Shown here: in pieces, positions 19,790 to 31,021 of the stretch
How positions within the stretch are numbered: the stretch's first letter is position 1
Layout of the letters: each line of letters opens with the position of its first letter
Source: Bacteroidales bacterium
Lineage (GTDB): Bacteria; Bacteroidota; Bacteroidia; Bacteroidales; UBA4417
Reading direction: 5' to 3'
Assembly: GCA_038249705.1 (NCBI GenBank)
Contig: JBBSDC010000003.1
Coordinates: 766-64,765, forward strand
DNA length: 64,000 bases
Translations under genes and position numbers: made by a program
The notes under the pieces: generated by a model
Seen by the model: only the letters and a program-made list of their open reading frames with translations
Database searches by the model: none
Told to the model about the DNA's origin: nothing

Positions 19790-20244
19790 AAAAAAAATAT
19801 CAAAAAAAAATATTTGAGTTTTTCAGCAGACCTGAAATTTGTAAGTGTGGTAGGAATATCTGCGACTGCGCAGCCTAAAGATCAGAGGTTAGGGGTGATT
19901 TTAGGTGATGTCTGGTCAGGTGATTTAGTTCGTAGAACTTCAATATCAAAAAAAGAAAATCCGGAATAGGAACATTGCCCGTAGGGCATTAATATAAAAA
20001 TGTTTGTAAAGGTAATGAGGCTCAGCCCTTCATAAGTTAGATAAAGTTCTTTTGAAAGTATCACTTACACGGGAATACTACATCCTGTTTTTTGATGGCA
20101 GGCGACTATTTGCTACTTAATGCTGCGGCTACATAACTTGAGAACCTTTTTTTAAAAATCAGCAAATCAAATAATCCATGACTGAATAAGTATCGACACT
20201 AAATCTCCTATCCTGGCGCAGATGTTCATTTCCCACTCAAAAGC

Positions 20245-21153
20245 TTAATCCTTCTCCAGCGTAAGTTTCAAAATTGCAAAAACAAGCACTGAGGCACTAA
20301 CCCACTGAACAGGAGTTAAAATTTTATCGTTAATAAAATAATCGAAAATAATAGCAGATACCGGGAAACATAATTCGCAGATTGTAGCAAGCATGGCACG
20401 TATGCGGGTAAGCCCGAAGTAATATAAAAATATAGCGCCTGAGCCTGTTGTAATTCCGATAACGGCAAATATAATCCATTGGGTGCCATTAATATTTGGT
20501 ATGCCCTTCAACATCCCAGTTGAAAGAACATACAACAGCATTAGTATACTTGTAAAAGCATAGCGGTAAAAAGTTGCTGTAAAGAAACTGAACTTACGCA
20601 ACACCTTCTTGCTGAATACTGTAGAACTGCCGAAAGCAAAAGCTGCAAGCAATGAATAACCGGCTGCAAGTGCCGTTTGTCCACCTGTTTGCAAATCAGG
20701 TAACCTGAAGCCAAATGTCAGGAAATAACCAGCTGTTATTGCGAGTGCCGACCATACCAAAAAATTACGTTTGAGTTTTTCGCCTAACAGCAAAGCAGCA
20801 AGCGTAATGGCAAAAACCGGCTGAAGTTTCTGCAACAAAACTACGACCGTGAGTGCTTTAAAATTAACTAAAAACAAAGCTTTAACAATGGCTAAAGTGC
20901 CTATTGCCCCGCCAAATAATGAAAGTAAAAAGAACATCAGCACATCTCCTGACGTGAACCTTTTCAGATGCCGGTATTCGCGGTACATGAAAATATTCAT
21001 CAGCAAAAATGGTAAAGCGTGAAAAATGAAAACTACCAGACCAATATCCAGGCTGTATAAGCGCGGGGTGAGCACAACGCCGTCGAGCCCCCACAAAATA
21101 GCAGCTACGCATATGGCCATGGCTCCCGTAAAAACTGTTTTATTAAATACCAT
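20245..21153 (-). CDS. DMT-superfamily (EamA-like) transporter
   Basis: 302 aa, about ten hydrophobic helices arranged as two EamA-like halves. Confidence 0.75.
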   Translation of the reverse strand: MVFNKTVFTGAMAICVAAILWGLDGVVLTPRLYSLDIGLVVFIFHALPFLLMNIFMYREYRHLKRFTSGDVLMFFLLSLFGGAIGTLAIVKALFLVNFKALTVVVLLQKLQPVFAITLAALLLGEKLKRNFLVWSALAITAGYFLTFGFRLPDLQTGGQTALAAGYSLLAAFAFGSSTVFSKKVLRKFSFFTATFYRYAFTSILMLLYVLSTGMLKGIPNINGTQWIIFAVIGITTGSGAIFLYYFGLTRIRAMLATICELCFPVSAIIFDYFINDKILTPVQWVSASVLVFAILKLTLEKD

Positions 21154-21190
21154 AACTGTCTCTTCTCTTTGTCTTTCCGCTTTCGGCGTG

Positions 21191-21198
21191 CAAAAGTA
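21191..21198 (-). promoter_or_regulatory. candidate -7 promoter box (TACTTTTG within GCGTACTTTTGCA)
   Basis: Exact TAnnTTTG, 38 nt upstream of the DMT transporter ATG. The same extended motif recurs at 26292 and 57915. Confidence 0.4.
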
Positions 21199-21454
21199 CG
21201 CCTTTTCAGTGGTTTTTCAGGTTTGTGGCAGCGTATTAGGATCCAAATCGCTATTCAAGTATGATGACATCGATGGTGTTTATTCGGTTTTCGAAATTTC
21301 ATCCCTGAAAATGACTGAATAAGTAAAGCGAAAAATATTTTCCGGGTGAATTCAAATCATTCAAGCAGAATATCTCTTACCGATTAATTAGTGCCGAACA
21401 GCAGTGAGTTACTATATTTCATAGATTTACAGGATATTTTTGATGATAAACCAA

Positions 21455-21462
21455 TAAATTTG
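21455..21462 (+). promoter_or_regulatory. candidate -7 promoter box (TAAATTTG)
   Basis: Exact TAnnTTTG, 60 nt upstream of the prolyl oligopeptidase ATG. A second match, TATTTTTG, lies at 21435..21442. Confidence 0.3.
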
Positions 21463-21521
21463 TTTGATCAATCTTAACAATCCATCCTGAACACAAAAAG
21501 CCAACCTTTTACCCAAATCCC

Positions 21522-23591
21522 ATGAAAGCTATTATTCTTTTTGCAGTGCTTCTTTCGATAAATATCGCATTGAATGCACAAAAAACTTTTTTCCCGCCCA
21601 CCACTCCTGTTCATGGAGTAACCGATACCATGCACGGAGTTCTTATTACTGATGACTACCGCTGGCTCGAAAACAAAGCGGATCCGGCTACCATTAACTG
21701 GACCCGTGCCCAGCATGATTATGGCAATGCCTACCTCGAAGCAACGCAAAAAAAACACGATGGACTGCGCGAAGATATTGCAGCCTACATTGACCGTGAT
21801 TACGAAAGTCCTTTGAATAAAGAAGGTAAACGCGTATTTCAAACCGTTAAGAAAAAAGGCGATAAGCAATCGAAACTTTATACCATTCTCGATGGTAAAA
21901 AAATCCTGATTTGGGATCCTGTACAATTAGATACCGCAGGAAACACTTCAACTTCTGGCGTGGCATATACGTATGATGGCGAAAGGGCTGCAATCAGCGT
22001 TCAGAAAAGCGGTGCCGAAATTACTACAACTTATATAATAGAAACACGTACCGGAAAAACATTATTTCCTCCTCTTGAGAATACTTTCGGCTTCCAGTGG
22101 ACTAAAGATCAGGAACATGCTTATATAACAGTTCGCAGCAAGAAAGATATCGACGAACAATCGCCACTTAAAACCTACTGGATAAAAATCGGCGATCCGC
22201 AGGATAAAGCTCAGGTTATTGGCACTACAGCCGATGCAAAAAACAGTTTTTACACGTATGATAACCGTTATAGCGACGTTAGTTTTTCAGGTGAAGGCGA
22301 TTTTTATTCCAACAACTGCTTCATGCGTAAAACAGGAACTTTCGAAAAAGGCCAACTGATTTATGAAAGCAAGAAATCGAATTGTTATCCTGAGGCAATC
22401 GGCGACAAACTTTACATTTTCACCAATGACAATGCACCCAATTACCGTCTGCTAGTTGCCGATAAAAAGAACCCGGAATACAAAAACTGGAAAGAGCTGA
22501 TCCCTGAAGGAAAAACAGTGCTTCAAAGCTATGCGGTAACAAAGAAAAATATCATTATTCAGGATAAAACAGACATACAGAGCAGGCTTACTTTATATGA
22601 CCTGAACGGGAAACGAATCAAACAGATTGAACTACCGGAAGTTGGCAATGTTTCGGGAATGGGTTACGACAGAGAAGAAGATTCTGTTTACGTGTATCTC
22701 AGCACTTTTACTTCCGAAACCAAGGTTTTTGTTGCTTCACCATCCAACTTTAAATGGCGCTTGTATTACCAGCGCGAATCCAATATTGACATGAGCAATA
22801 TAGTTGGCGAAGTGAAATTTTACACTTCAAAAGATAACACAAGGGTTCCAGTAATAGTTGTTCATCGCAAGGATATTAAACTGGATGGAAACAATCCTGT
22901 CCTTTTAGAAGCATATGGAGGTTTTAATGCAGGAATACAGCCTGGCTATTATGGATTTTATGCTTCGTTTCTGAACAAAGGAGGTATAGTTGTTGAAGCC
23001 GGAATACGTGGTGGCGACGAGTATGGCGAAAAATGGCACGAAGACGGAATGCTGGCAAACAAGCAAAATTGTTTCGACGATTTTAACAGTTGTGCCGAGT
23101 GGCTGATTAAAGAGAAATATACAAATACATCTAAAATTGTTGCCATGGGTGGTAGTAACGGCGGCTTACTAATGGGTGCTATAGCTACACAACGTCCTGA
23201 TTTATACAAAGGTATAATTTGCATGGTTCCTTTGCTGGATATGCTGCGCTACGAGAAATTCCTGATTGCCCGCTATTGGATTCCTGAATATGGAACCGCC
23301 GAAAACGAAGCTGATTTCCGCTGGCTGCTGCAATATTCGCCTTATCAGAATATAAGAAAAGGAATAAATGTACCAACAATGCTCGTTACAGCTGGCGAAA
23401 ACGACAGTCGCGTTGACCCTATTCATGCCAAAAAATTCGTTGCAGCAATGCAGAATAATCCCGGACAAATTAGTCCGGTTATTCTGCACATGGACTATAA
23501 CAGCGGACACGGTAGCGGACAGGCAACCTCGCAACGCATTGATAACTGGGTTTATATTTTTGAATTTATGATGAACCAGTTGGGCATGTAA
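21522..23591 (+). CDS. prolyl oligopeptidase family serine peptidase (S9A)
   Basis: It has a signal peptide, an N-terminal propeller (YRWLEN) and the catalytic GGSNGGLLMGA. The Asp (ENDSRVDP) and His (YNSGHGSG) of the triad are present. Confidence 0.85.
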   Translation: MKAIILFAVLLSINIALNAQKTFFPPTTPVHGVTDTMHGVLITDDYRWLENKADPATINWTRAQHDYGNAYLEATQKKHDGLREDIAAYIDRDYESPLNKEGKRVFQTVKKKGDKQSKLYTILDGKKILIWDPVQLDTAGNTSTSGVAYTYDGERAAISVQKSGAEITTTYIIETRTGKTLFPPLENTFGFQWTKDQEHAYITVRSKKDIDEQSPLKTYWIKIGDPQDKAQVIGTTADAKNSFYTYDNRYSDVSFSGEGDFYSNNCFMRKTGTFEKGQLIYESKKSNCYPEAIGDKLYIFTNDNAPNYRLLVADKKNPEYKNWKELIPEGKTVLQSYAVTKKNIIIQDKTDIQSRLTLYDLNGKRIKQIELPEVGNVSGMGYDREEDSVYVYLSTFTSETKVFVASPSNFKWRLYYQRESNIDMSNIVGEVKFYTSKDNTRVPVIVVHRKDIKLDGNNPVLLEAYGGFNAGIQPGYYGFYASFLNKGGIVVEAGIRGGDEYGEKWHEDGMLANKQNCFDDFNSCAEWLIKEKYTNTSKIVAMGGSNGGLLMGAIATQRPDLYKGIICMVPLLDMLRYEKFLIARYWIPEYGTAENEADFRWLLQYSPYQNIRKGINVPTMLVTAGENDSRVDPIHAKKFVAAMQNNPGQISPVILHMDYNSGHGSGQATSQRIDNWVYIFEFMMNQLGM

Positions 23592-23627
23592 ATTCCTTTT
23601 AATAAAACATAGAATCATAAATTGCTG

Positions 23628-24149
23628 ATGCATACTATTAAAAAAACATCAATCTGGCTGATAGTATTAACTTTACTATCAGCCAGTTGTGTTACAGAAA
23701 GCGGTAAACCTGAAAAAGCCGGATTAAACAGGCTCGACTGGTTTATCGGAAGCTGGACAGGTGAAACCAGCGAAAGTATTTTTACCGAAACATGGGTAAA
23801 AGTTAACGACACACTTTTTACCGGGCAGAGCTATTTTATTAAAGGCAGCGATACACTCAACAGCGAAACAATATCGCTGCAGCAACAGGACACTTCAGTA
23901 TTTTATGTACCTTTGGTTGAAGGGCAGAATGATAATAAACCCATATCCTTCAAACTTACTTATTCGGATGGCACAAATGCTATTTTTGAAAATCCGGAGC
24001 ATGATTTCCCGCAAAAGATAGCTTATCAGCTTAAAGAAAACGATTCGCTTATTGCAACAATTTCGGGAAGTAATAACGGTAAAACCAGAAGTATCAGGTT
24101 TCCGATGAGCCACACGAAAAGTAACCATATGAAAAAAGCAATAAAGTGA
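23628..24149 (+). CDS. lipoprotein, DUF6265-like
   Basis: It has a lipobox (LLSASC). LDWFIGSWTGE and FENPEHDFPQKIAYQL resemble DUF6265 as I remember it. Confidence 0.5.
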   Translation: MHTIKKTSIWLIVLTLLSASCVTESGKPEKAGLNRLDWFIGSWTGETSESIFTETWVKVNDTLFTGQSYFIKGSDTLNSETISLQQQDTSVFYVPLVEGQNDNKPISFKLTYSDGTNAIFENPEHDFPQKIAYQLKENDSLIATISGSNNGKTRSIRFPMSHTKSNHMKKAIK

Positions 24150-24526
24150 AACTTAAATTTCTTGAAAATATAAACGAGTATGAGGAACATGCCATTCGCC
24201 TGAATGATTTTGACAAATCACAGGCAGGCTTATTTCTTCAAATCCTGTCAGGACTAGTCAATACGAAAATTAATACTATTGAACTATCTGATTATGAATT
24301 TATTGAATCTGTTAATTGCAGTTTGACTTTGAGAATATCAGAAACTGACGAAGGAATTGTAACTGATGATTTCAAGCAGTTTTACTGTGATTTAACCACA
24401 GAAGGATATAGCGAAATGATAAAACTTATTGAACCATTCTGCATAAAAGAAACTGACGCATACCGGATACTATACGATCTTGACAATCCTATTGAATTTA
24501 TTTTTTCTGCCGGGAAGGAGAATTAA
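24146..24526 (+). CDS. hypothetical acidic protein
   Basis: 126-aa ORF with a GTG start overlapping the upstream TGA (AAGTGAAA). I recognise no motif. Confidence 0.4.
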   Translation: MKLKFLENINEYEEHAIRLNDFDKSQAGLFLQILSGLVNTKINTIELSDYEFIESVNCSLTLRISETDEGIVTDDFKQFYCDLTTEGYSEMIKLIEPFCIKETDAYRILYDLDNPIEFIFSAGKEN

Positions 24527-24631
24527 ACTTTTCCTTATTTTTGAATATAGAGTATAGAAAAGGTATTATTGAATTTTACAGGAAACTTTTATAAAGCTTC
24601 CAAAAAAAGTTCTGAATAAACCACTATAATT

Positions 24632-26242
<1,611 letters not shown>

Positions 26243-26291
26243 TTAATTTTGTGTTTATTATGTATTGAAAAGACTTAACCCTAAAGGGCTG

Positions 26292-26299
26292 CAAAAGTA
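26292..26299 (-). promoter_or_regulatory. candidate -7 promoter box (TACTTTTG)
   Basis: Exact TAnnTTTG, 50 nt upstream of the ABC-F ATG. Confidence 0.4.
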
Positions 26300-26586
26300 C
26301 GCTTTTTTAACTTACGAAATGCCGTTAAACTGATTGGATGGCAACAAAGCAGATTAACTGTTGGTATAAAATATCGTTTGAGGAACAGCTTTGAATGATT
26401 TTTAATGATACTTAAATCCTGTCTATCATTGATATACACAATTTTAAGTAATCCTCCTATTTCAATTGTACCAGATTAGGATTAAACTTTTATCATGTAT
26501 CAGATTTTACTTAAGATTCACACAAAATTAGTATTCAGATAGTTAAATCAATAGTAATTTTATTTTTAAAATTACCAGATTTGTTT

Positions 26587-26594
26587 TAGCTTTG
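26587..26594 (+). promoter_or_regulatory. candidate -7 promoter box (TAGCTTTG)
   Basis: Exact TAnnTTTG, 72 nt upstream of the RND pump ATG. Confidence 0.3.
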
Positions 26595-26665
26595 AGGTTA
26601 ATAAAAAAAGCTGAATTCACATTAAATACACCAATAGACATATTTGTCATTTTAAGAACTGACCT

Positions 26666-29600
26666 ATGCTCGAAAAAATTATTGATTTCAGTATCCGTAA
26701 CAAACTGATTGTTATTCTTTTCACTTTAACCATTTCAGCATTCGGGGTATATGCCATTTTACGTATCCCGGTGGGCGCAGTTCCCGATATTACCAATAAC
26801 CAGGTTCAGGTTATTACTACTTCCGGCAATTTATCAACGCAGGAAATAGAGCAGTTTATAACAGCGCCGGTTGAACTCGAAATGGCGAATCTGCCCGGAG
26901 TTGTCGAAATTCGGTCTATTTCGAAATTCGGACTTTCGGTTGTGACTATTGTTTTTAACGATAAGATAGGTACTTATCTTCCCCGTCAGCTTATCGCTGA
27001 AAAGATCAAAGCCGCCTCTGCCAACATTCCCGAAGGTTTTGGCACACCCGAAATGGGGCCAATTACAACCGGATTAGGCGAAATATACCAGTATATCCTT
27101 GATGTAAAACCTGGTTTTGAAGGGAAATATTCGGCCATGGAATTGCGTACCATACAGGATTGGATTGTAAAACGTCAGTTATCGGGCATCAATGGTGTGG
27201 TTGAAGTAAACAGTTGGGGCGGGTTTCTGAAGCAATACGAAATTGCAATTGATCCGGCACGTATGAGGAGCATGAATATTACCTTGATGGAGGTTTTTGA
27301 AGCCGTTGAAGCCAACAACAGTATTTCGGGCGGCGCATATATTGAAAAAACCAACCAAAGCTATTTTATCCGCGGCGACGGACAGGTAAAATCGCTTGAG
27401 GATATTGAGAGCATGGTGGTGAAAAACAAAGGCGGAATTCCCATCCGTGTGAAAGAAATTGCTACTGTTCAATATGGGTATGCTAACCGGTTTGGAGCCA
27501 TAACAGCCAATGGCAAAGGCGAAAAAGTGTTAGGGCAGGTGATGATGTTGAAGGATGCAAATTCAAAACTGGTTATCAACGAGGTTAAAAAACGTGTTGC
27601 CGAAGTTCAGAAAAATTTACCGGAAGGTATTTTTATCAATCCTATTCTCGAACGTAGCGAATTGATTTCGCGTACTTCGTTTACCGTTGTCGAAAACCTG
27701 GTACTGGGATGCCTCATTGTTATTTTGATCGTAATCATTTTGCTTGGAAACGTGCGTTCGGCACTTGTAATTGCATCCATGATACCGCTAGCCTTGCTTT
27801 TTACGATTTCGATGATGTATGTTTTCGGTATCGATGCGAACCTGATGAGCCTTGGCGCCCTCGACTTCGGAATTATAATTGACGGAGCGGTTATTATCGT
27901 CGAATTTATAGCTATCAGGATAACTTCAGGCAAAGCGGCTTACGACAGGTTACACGGAGCTGAACGACAAGCTTTGTTAGATAAAATTACGTTTAAAGGA
28001 GCTACGCGAATGATGAGTTCGGCTATTTTCGGACAAATCATTATACTTATCGTTTTTATACCTATCCTTTCGCTCAGTGGTGTTGAAGGCAAAATGTTCC
28101 GTCCGATGGCACTGTCATTCAGTTTTGCAATTATCGGAGCTATGATTCTTGGATTGACCTGGCTTCCCGTTGCCGCATCGCTGTTCCTCCGGCCCGAAAA
28201 AGAAAACAAACGGAGCCTTTCGAAAATGATAATGAATTTTGCATATAAAACATATACGCCGGCTATGCAATGGTCGTGCAATCACAAACGCATTGTGCTT
28301 GGCTCGGCATTGGCATCATTAGTGCTGACTGCTTTTCTGTTTGCTCGAATGGGTGGCGAGTTTGTGCCAACACTCGATGAAGGAGATTTTGTGATTCAGC
28401 CGGTTTTGAAAACAGGAACTTCTCTTTCGAAAACTGTCGAAATGACAACCCGGATGGAAAATATTCTTATTCAAAAATTCCCGGAAGTAGATCAGATCGT
28501 TTGCCGCATCGGTGCAGCCGAAGTTCCTACCGATCCCATGTCGATGGAAGAAATTGATATGATCATTAAACTCAAGCCCCGGAAAGATTGGGTTTCAGCC
28601 AAAAACAAAGAAGACCTGGCTGATAAATTTAAAGAAGCTTTATCGGTAATTCCAGGCGTTGAATATGAATTTACACAGCCTATCGAGATGCGCTTCAATG
28701 AATTAATAACCGGAGTGAGGGCTGATATTGCCGTGAAAATATTTGGCGAAAACCTTGAATATCTTGATAAGAAAGCGTCCGAAATTAAAGAACTTATTGC
28801 TGACATACCTGGCGCTGCCGATATTATTCTCGAAAAAACTGCTGGTCTTCCACAAATGAACATAAAGTACGACAGGGATAAAATTGCTGCTTATGGGCTT
28901 AACATCCAAACACTTAACAGGTATCTCTCCATGGCCTTCGGTGGCGAAACTACCGGAATAGTTTTTGAAGGCGAAAAACGTTTTGATATGGTTGTGAGGC
29001 TGCAACAACAAAGTCGTAAGGACATTGACAATATCCGGAATCTACAGGTGCCTTTGCCTGAAGGCGACCAAATCCCGCTAAGCGAGTTGGCAGAAATTAC
29101 TTACACTGAAGGTCCGGCTAAGATTTCGCGCGATAATACGCACCGCCGGGTGGTGGTGAGCGTAAATGTACGAAACCGCGATTTACAGTCGGTGGTTGAA
29201 GATATTCAGGCTAAAATCAATAAAAATATCACTCTCGAACCTGGAAATTATATCTCTTACGGTGGCCAGTTCGAGAATTTAAAAAATGCCACCGACCGAC
29301 TGATGTTTGCCGTTCCGATTGCTCTGCTGCTGATATTTGTTTTCCTGCATTTTGCATTCAAATCATTTAAAGATGCCGTTATGATTTTTACCGCCGTTCC
29401 TTTGGCTACAGTCGGAGGTGTGCTGTTTCTTTGGATACGTGGTATGCCTTTCAGTGTGTCGGCAGGAATTGGTTTTATTGCGCTGTTCGGTATCGCGGTA
29501 TTAAACGGCATAGTGCTGATAGAGCATTTAAAAGAGATGAAACAGAATGGTATGACTAATATGCGCGAACTTATTCTGAAAGGCACCCGCGAACGACTGC

Positions 29601-31012
29601 GTCCTGTTATTTTAACAGCCGCAGCGGCAGCACTGGGCTTTCTTCCAATGGCTATTTCTACCGGCTCGGGAGCCGAAGTACAGCGCCCGCTTGCTACTGT
29701 GGTTATTGGCGGACTGGTAACTTCGACCCTGCTAACCATGATAGCATTGCCCCTGCTTTTCGAAATTTTCAATAATGTTACCGGAATACAATTGTGGCCG
29801 TTACGGTTTAAACGAAATATTAAAACACTATCCATTGGAATATTATTGCTTGCAACTGCAGTGCCTGCCTTCGCCCAAACCCGGCCAATCAGCCTGGATG
29901 AAGCTGTTCAAACCGCGTTGAAAAACAACAAACAGATCAATGCGTATTCACTTAAAGTAAAGGAGGCTGAAGCACTCAGGCCATCGGCATACACTATTGA
30001 TAAAACGCTCGTTTACTATGGTTCCGATCAGAATAACATTGCCGAAAACGGTTATCCGTTGAAAGTATTCGGACTGGAGCAAAACATTAATTTCCCGACT
30101 ATCTATTTCGCTCAAAATAAGGCAAATACCATTGGAATTTCCATTGCTGAAAAAGAATTGATGCTGCAAACGCAAATACTTACCAGGGAAGTTTCGCAGG
30201 CATATTTTGAAATTGTCTATCTCCTGAACAAACAGCAGATATATATAAAAGTGGATAGTCTTTACCGTAATTTCACTAAAATGACTGAGCTTAAATATCA
30301 GAAAGGTGATATCAGCCGTCTGGATTTGCTCAATGCAAAAGCTAAGCAGCAACAAATTTCTGTTGCCCTGAGCCAGGTGAAATTCAACCTCGAAACCGGA
30401 TTAGAAAAACTTAAAGCCTTTATTCAGTCCGACAGCATTTTCGACGTTCCAATGCAGGATCTTACTTTGGTAACGGTGCAGGATATCAATGCTGAATCGT
30501 CACCTGACATTCTTTTATTGAAAATGCAGAATGAGTATCAGAATGCTTTGCTTAAAGTGGAACGCAACCGGCTTTTACCTGATTTATCTTTAAGTTATTA
30601 TAACGGAACCAATTCGTACGAAGGCTCCAAAAATTACCAGGGATTTCAAGTCGGATTGGCGGTGCCGATATTTTTCGGCGAACAAAATGCGAGGATAAAA
30701 GCCAATAAAATAGCCGTGAATATTAATGAGAACCTACAGTTAAATGATATATCAACCTTGAAGGCAAAAAAGGCTGAACTAAACAATGAGCTTACAAAAT
30801 TCAAGGAATCAATAGATTACTACAATGCAACGGGTAAGGAGCTGAGCGAAGAGATTATCCGTTCGGCCCGGCAAAGCTACGAGATGGGCGGAATTGACTT
30901 TTTTCAATTTGCGCTGAGTATCGAAAATGCACTGGCATTAACGCTGGACTACTATGAAAATGTTTCGAAATACAATTATTTCGCACTGGAAATCAATTAT
31001 TTAACAAAGTAA
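26666..31012 (+). CDS. czcA: CusA/CzcA-type heavy-metal RND permease fused to a TolC-like outer-membrane factor domain
   Basis: 1448 aa. Residues 1 to ~1040 form a typical 12-TM CzcA. A hydrophobic signal-like segment (NIKTLSIGILLLATAVPAFAQ, about 29815..29878) follows. After it come ~380 aa of OMF-type coiled repeats beginning TRPISLDEAVQTALKNNKQI. Confidence 0.8.
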   Translation: MLEKIIDFSIRNKLIVILFTLTISAFGVYAILRIPVGAVPDITNNQVQVITTSGNLSTQEIEQFITAPVELEMANLPGVVEIRSISKFGLSVVTIVFNDKIGTYLPRQLIAEKIKAASANIPEGFGTPEMGPITTGLGEIYQYILDVKPGFEGKYSAMELRTIQDWIVKRQLSGINGVVEVNSWGGFLKQYEIAIDPARMRSMNITLMEVFEAVEANNSISGGAYIEKTNQSYFIRGDGQVKSLEDIESMVVKNKGGIPIRVKEIATVQYGYANRFGAITANGKGEKVLGQVMMLKDANSKLVINEVKKRVAEVQKNLPEGIFINPILERSELISRTSFTVVENLVLGCLIVILIVIILLGNVRSALVIASMIPLALLFTISMMYVFGIDANLMSLGALDFGIIIDGAVIIVEFIAIRITSGKAAYDRLHGAERQALLDKITFKGATRMMSSAIFGQIIILIVFIPILSLSGVEGKMFRPMALSFSFAIIGAMILGLTWLPVAASLFLRPEKENKRSLSKMIMNFAYKTYTPAMQWSCNHKRIVLGSALASLVLTAFLFARMGGEFVPTLDEGDFVIQPVLKTGTSLSKTVEMTTRMENILIQKFPEVDQIVCRIGAAEVPTDPMSMEEIDMIIKLKPRKDWVSAKNKEDLADKFKEALSVIPGVEYEFTQPIEMRFNELITGVRADIAVKIFGENLEYLDKKASEIKELIADIPGAADIILEKTAGLPQMNIKYDRDKIAAYGLNIQTLNRYLSMAFGGETTGIVFEGEKRFDMVVRLQQQSRKDIDNIRNLQVPLPEGDQIPLSELAEITYTEGPAKISRDNTHRRVVVSVNVRNRDLQSVVEDIQAKINKNITLEPGNYISYGGQFENLKNATDRLMFAVPIALLLIFVFLHFAFKSFKDAVMIFTAVPLATVGGVLFLWIRGMPFSVSAGIGFIALFGIAVLNGIVLIEHLKEMKQNGMTNMRELILKGTRERLRPVILTAAAAALGFLPMAISTGSGAEVQRPLATVVIGGLVTSTLLTMIALPLLFEIFNNVTGIQLWPLRFKRNIKTLSIGILLLATAVPAFAQTRPISLDEAVQTALKNNKQINAYSLKVKEAEALRPSAYTIDKTLVYYGSDQNNIAENGYPLKVFGLEQNINFPTIYFAQNKANTIGISIAEKELMLQTQILTREVSQAYFEIVYLLNKQQIYIKVDSLYRNFTKMTELKYQKGDISRLDLLNAKAKQQQISVALSQVKFNLETGLEKLKAFIQSDSIFDVPMQDLTLVTVQDINAESSPDILLLKMQNEYQNALLKVERNRLLPDLSLSYYNGTNSYEGSKNYQGFQVGLAVPIFFGEQNARIKANKIAVNINENLQLNDISTLKAKKAELNNELTKFKESIDYYNATGKELSEEIIRSARQSYEMGGIDFFQFALSIENALALTLDYYENVSKYNYFALEINYLTK

Positions 31013-31021
31013 GAGCACAAT

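Noticed and set aside
19882-20064. 60-aa minus-strand ORF inside the long non-coding gap.
   Set aside because: It has no promoter box or motif, has atypical composition, and is at the minimum length threshold. It is probably not coding.
26474-26582. Three (T)A(C/T)CAGATT motifs in the ABC-F/czcA divergent spacer, considered as a possible metal-regulator operator.
   Set aside because: The motifs are short, AT-rich and irregularly spaced in a 420-bp AT-rich region, which is compatible with chance.
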